The translations under genes and the position numbers were made by a program. Shown one piece after another: positions 62,803 to 64,000 of a stretch of DNA of 64,000 nt. Position 1 is the stretch's first letter, and each line of letters starts with the position of its first letter. Source of the stretch: Syntrophorhabdaceae bacterium. Its GTDB lineage: Bacteria; Desulfobacterota; Syntrophorhabdia; Syntrophorhabdales; Syntrophorhabdaceae. Under the pieces are notes generated by a model that had not been told where the DNA came from, did no database searches, and worked only from the letters and a program-made list of their open reading frames with translations. The stretch covers positions 992,001-1,056,000 of the forward strand of contig CAXXUO010000001.1 in NCBI GenBank assembly GCA_963666485.2, read 5' to 3'.

Positions 62803-63990
62803 ATGAAATATATCGTTATCATCGGCGACGGCATGGCTGATTTTGCCCTCGATGAGCTCGGAGGCAAAACACCGCTCATGGCGTCCCGCAAGCCGCATAT
62901 GGACATGATCGCGCAAAAAGGGCTCGTGGGCAGGGTAAACACCGTACCCGACGGGTTTCCCCCGGGCAGCGATGTGGCGGGAATGTCCCTTTTCGGCTAT
63001 GACCCGGCCACATATTATTCAGGCAGGGCGTCCATAGAGGCCTTCGGCATGGGCATTCACATGGGGGCCGATGATGTCGCGTACCGGTGCAACCTGGTCA
63101 ATATTGCCTCCCGTGACGGGGTCGAGATCATGGGGGATTATTCCGGGGGGCACATTTCGACGGAAGAGGCTACGGTCCTTATTCAGGCCTTAAATGATTC
63201 CCTGGGAACTGAAGACCTGCATTTTTATCCGGGGGTCGGCTATCGGCACATAATGATATGGAGCGGCGGGGAATGGCATGCCCTCACAACGCCGCCCCAC
63301 GACATAACGGGCCAGGCGATCGAAGACTACCTTCCGGGCGGTGAAGGCGGACCAAAAGTAAAATGCCTTGTCGAGCGCTCCCGTGATATCCTTGGCGGGC
63401 ACGAACTCAACCGGAAAAGAATTGAGGCCGGCAAACTTCCCGCGAACAGCATCTGGCTCTGGGGCCAGGGCCGCAAAACATCTTTACCGCCGTACAGGAC
63501 AAAGTTCGGTCTCAAAGGCGCCGCGGTGTGCGCCGTAGACCTGATACGGGGGTTATCGGCGCTCGCGGGTTTTACGACACCCGTCGTAAAGGGTGCGACA
63601 GGTTATCTCGACACCGACTACAACGCGAAGGCGCAGGCAGCGCTCAAACTCCTTGAAGACCACGACGTGGTATATATTCATGTCGAGGCCCCCGACGAAG
63701 CCTCGCACAATGGGAACCTTCCCGAAAAGATGCGGGCGATCGAGCGCATAGACAGCGATATCATAGGGGCTCTTCTCGATGCGACGGGGGAAGGAACGAG
63801 ATTTCTCATAGTAACGGACCACGCAACACCGATTGCCATGAAAACACATTTTGCCGTTCCGGTGCCCTTTGCGGTATTTGAAAAGGGCGGTTCCGTCACC
63901 GGTTCAGGAAAGAACTATGACGAGAACATACAGGGTGACGTAATGACGGGGGAAGAAATGGTACGCTTCTTTATCGGGGGAGGAAAGTGA
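62803..63990 (+). CDS. apgM: Cofactor-independent phosphoglycerate mutase, ApgM family (proposed homoserine kinase subgroup)
   Basis: IGDGMAD, PGSD, YSGR, DEASH, TDHATP. Confidence 0.88.
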   Translation: MKYIVIIGDGMADFALDELGGKTPLMASRKPHMDMIAQKGLVGRVNTVPDGFPPGSDVAGMSLFGYDPATYYSGRASIEAFGMGIHMGADDVAYRCNLVNIASRDGVEIMGDYSGGHISTEEATVLIQALNDSLGTEDLHFYPGVGYRHIMIWSGGEWHALTTPPHDITGQAIEDYLPGGEGGPKVKCLVERSRDILGGHELNRKRIEAGKLPANSIWLWGQGRKTSLPPYRTKFGLKGAAVCAVDLIRGLSALAGFTTPVVKGATGYLDTDYNAKAQAALKLLEDHDVVYIHVEAPDEASHNGNLPEKMRAIERIDSDIIGALLDATGEGTRFLIVTDHATPIAMKTHFAVPVPFAVFEKGGSVTGSGKNYDENIQGDVMTGEEMVRFFIGGGK

Positions 63991-64000
63991 GACAAAAATT

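Noticed and set aside
63987..64000. Start of the next CDS (GTG AGA CAA AAA)
   Set aside because: Only four codons are visible, so it cannot be identified.

Overview
Core chromosomal region of an anaerobic deltaproteobacterium-type organism. A Syntrophorhabdus-like aromatic-degrading syntroph is my inference from gene content, not a database result. The window spans the replication origin: dnaA-dnaN-gyrB at 31.5-36.4 kb, variant DnaA boxes, a DnaA-trio-like element, two parS sites at 14.3 and 17.6 kb, and a shift in gene orientation. Left arm: tRNA-Ala(CGC), a galT-glgA-kinase-regulator operon, signalling genes (two PilZ proteins, HDOD, GGDEF, a PAS kinase/NarL pair), a tetraheme cytochrome c3 with System II maturation genes, and purQ. 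Right arm: coaE-rho-rpmE-prfA-prmC-murA-hisDGBH; a 4-hydroxybenzoyl-CoA-reductase-like molybdoenzyme operon with two small Cys/His proteins, enclosed by a split TRAP transporter; then mobA-rimI-pyrKD-recJ-ybaK and hom-apgM. No transposase, integrase, phage gene or CRISPR array was seen. The most unexplained signals are a dozen intergenic heptamer-periodic repeats that mostly start at stop codons and often form inverted pairs, a ribbon-helix-helix/PilZ fusion with an operator-like palindrome, a candidate small structured transcript at 10.1-10.4 kb, and the accessory proteins of the reductase operon. All calls come from visual motif recognition only.
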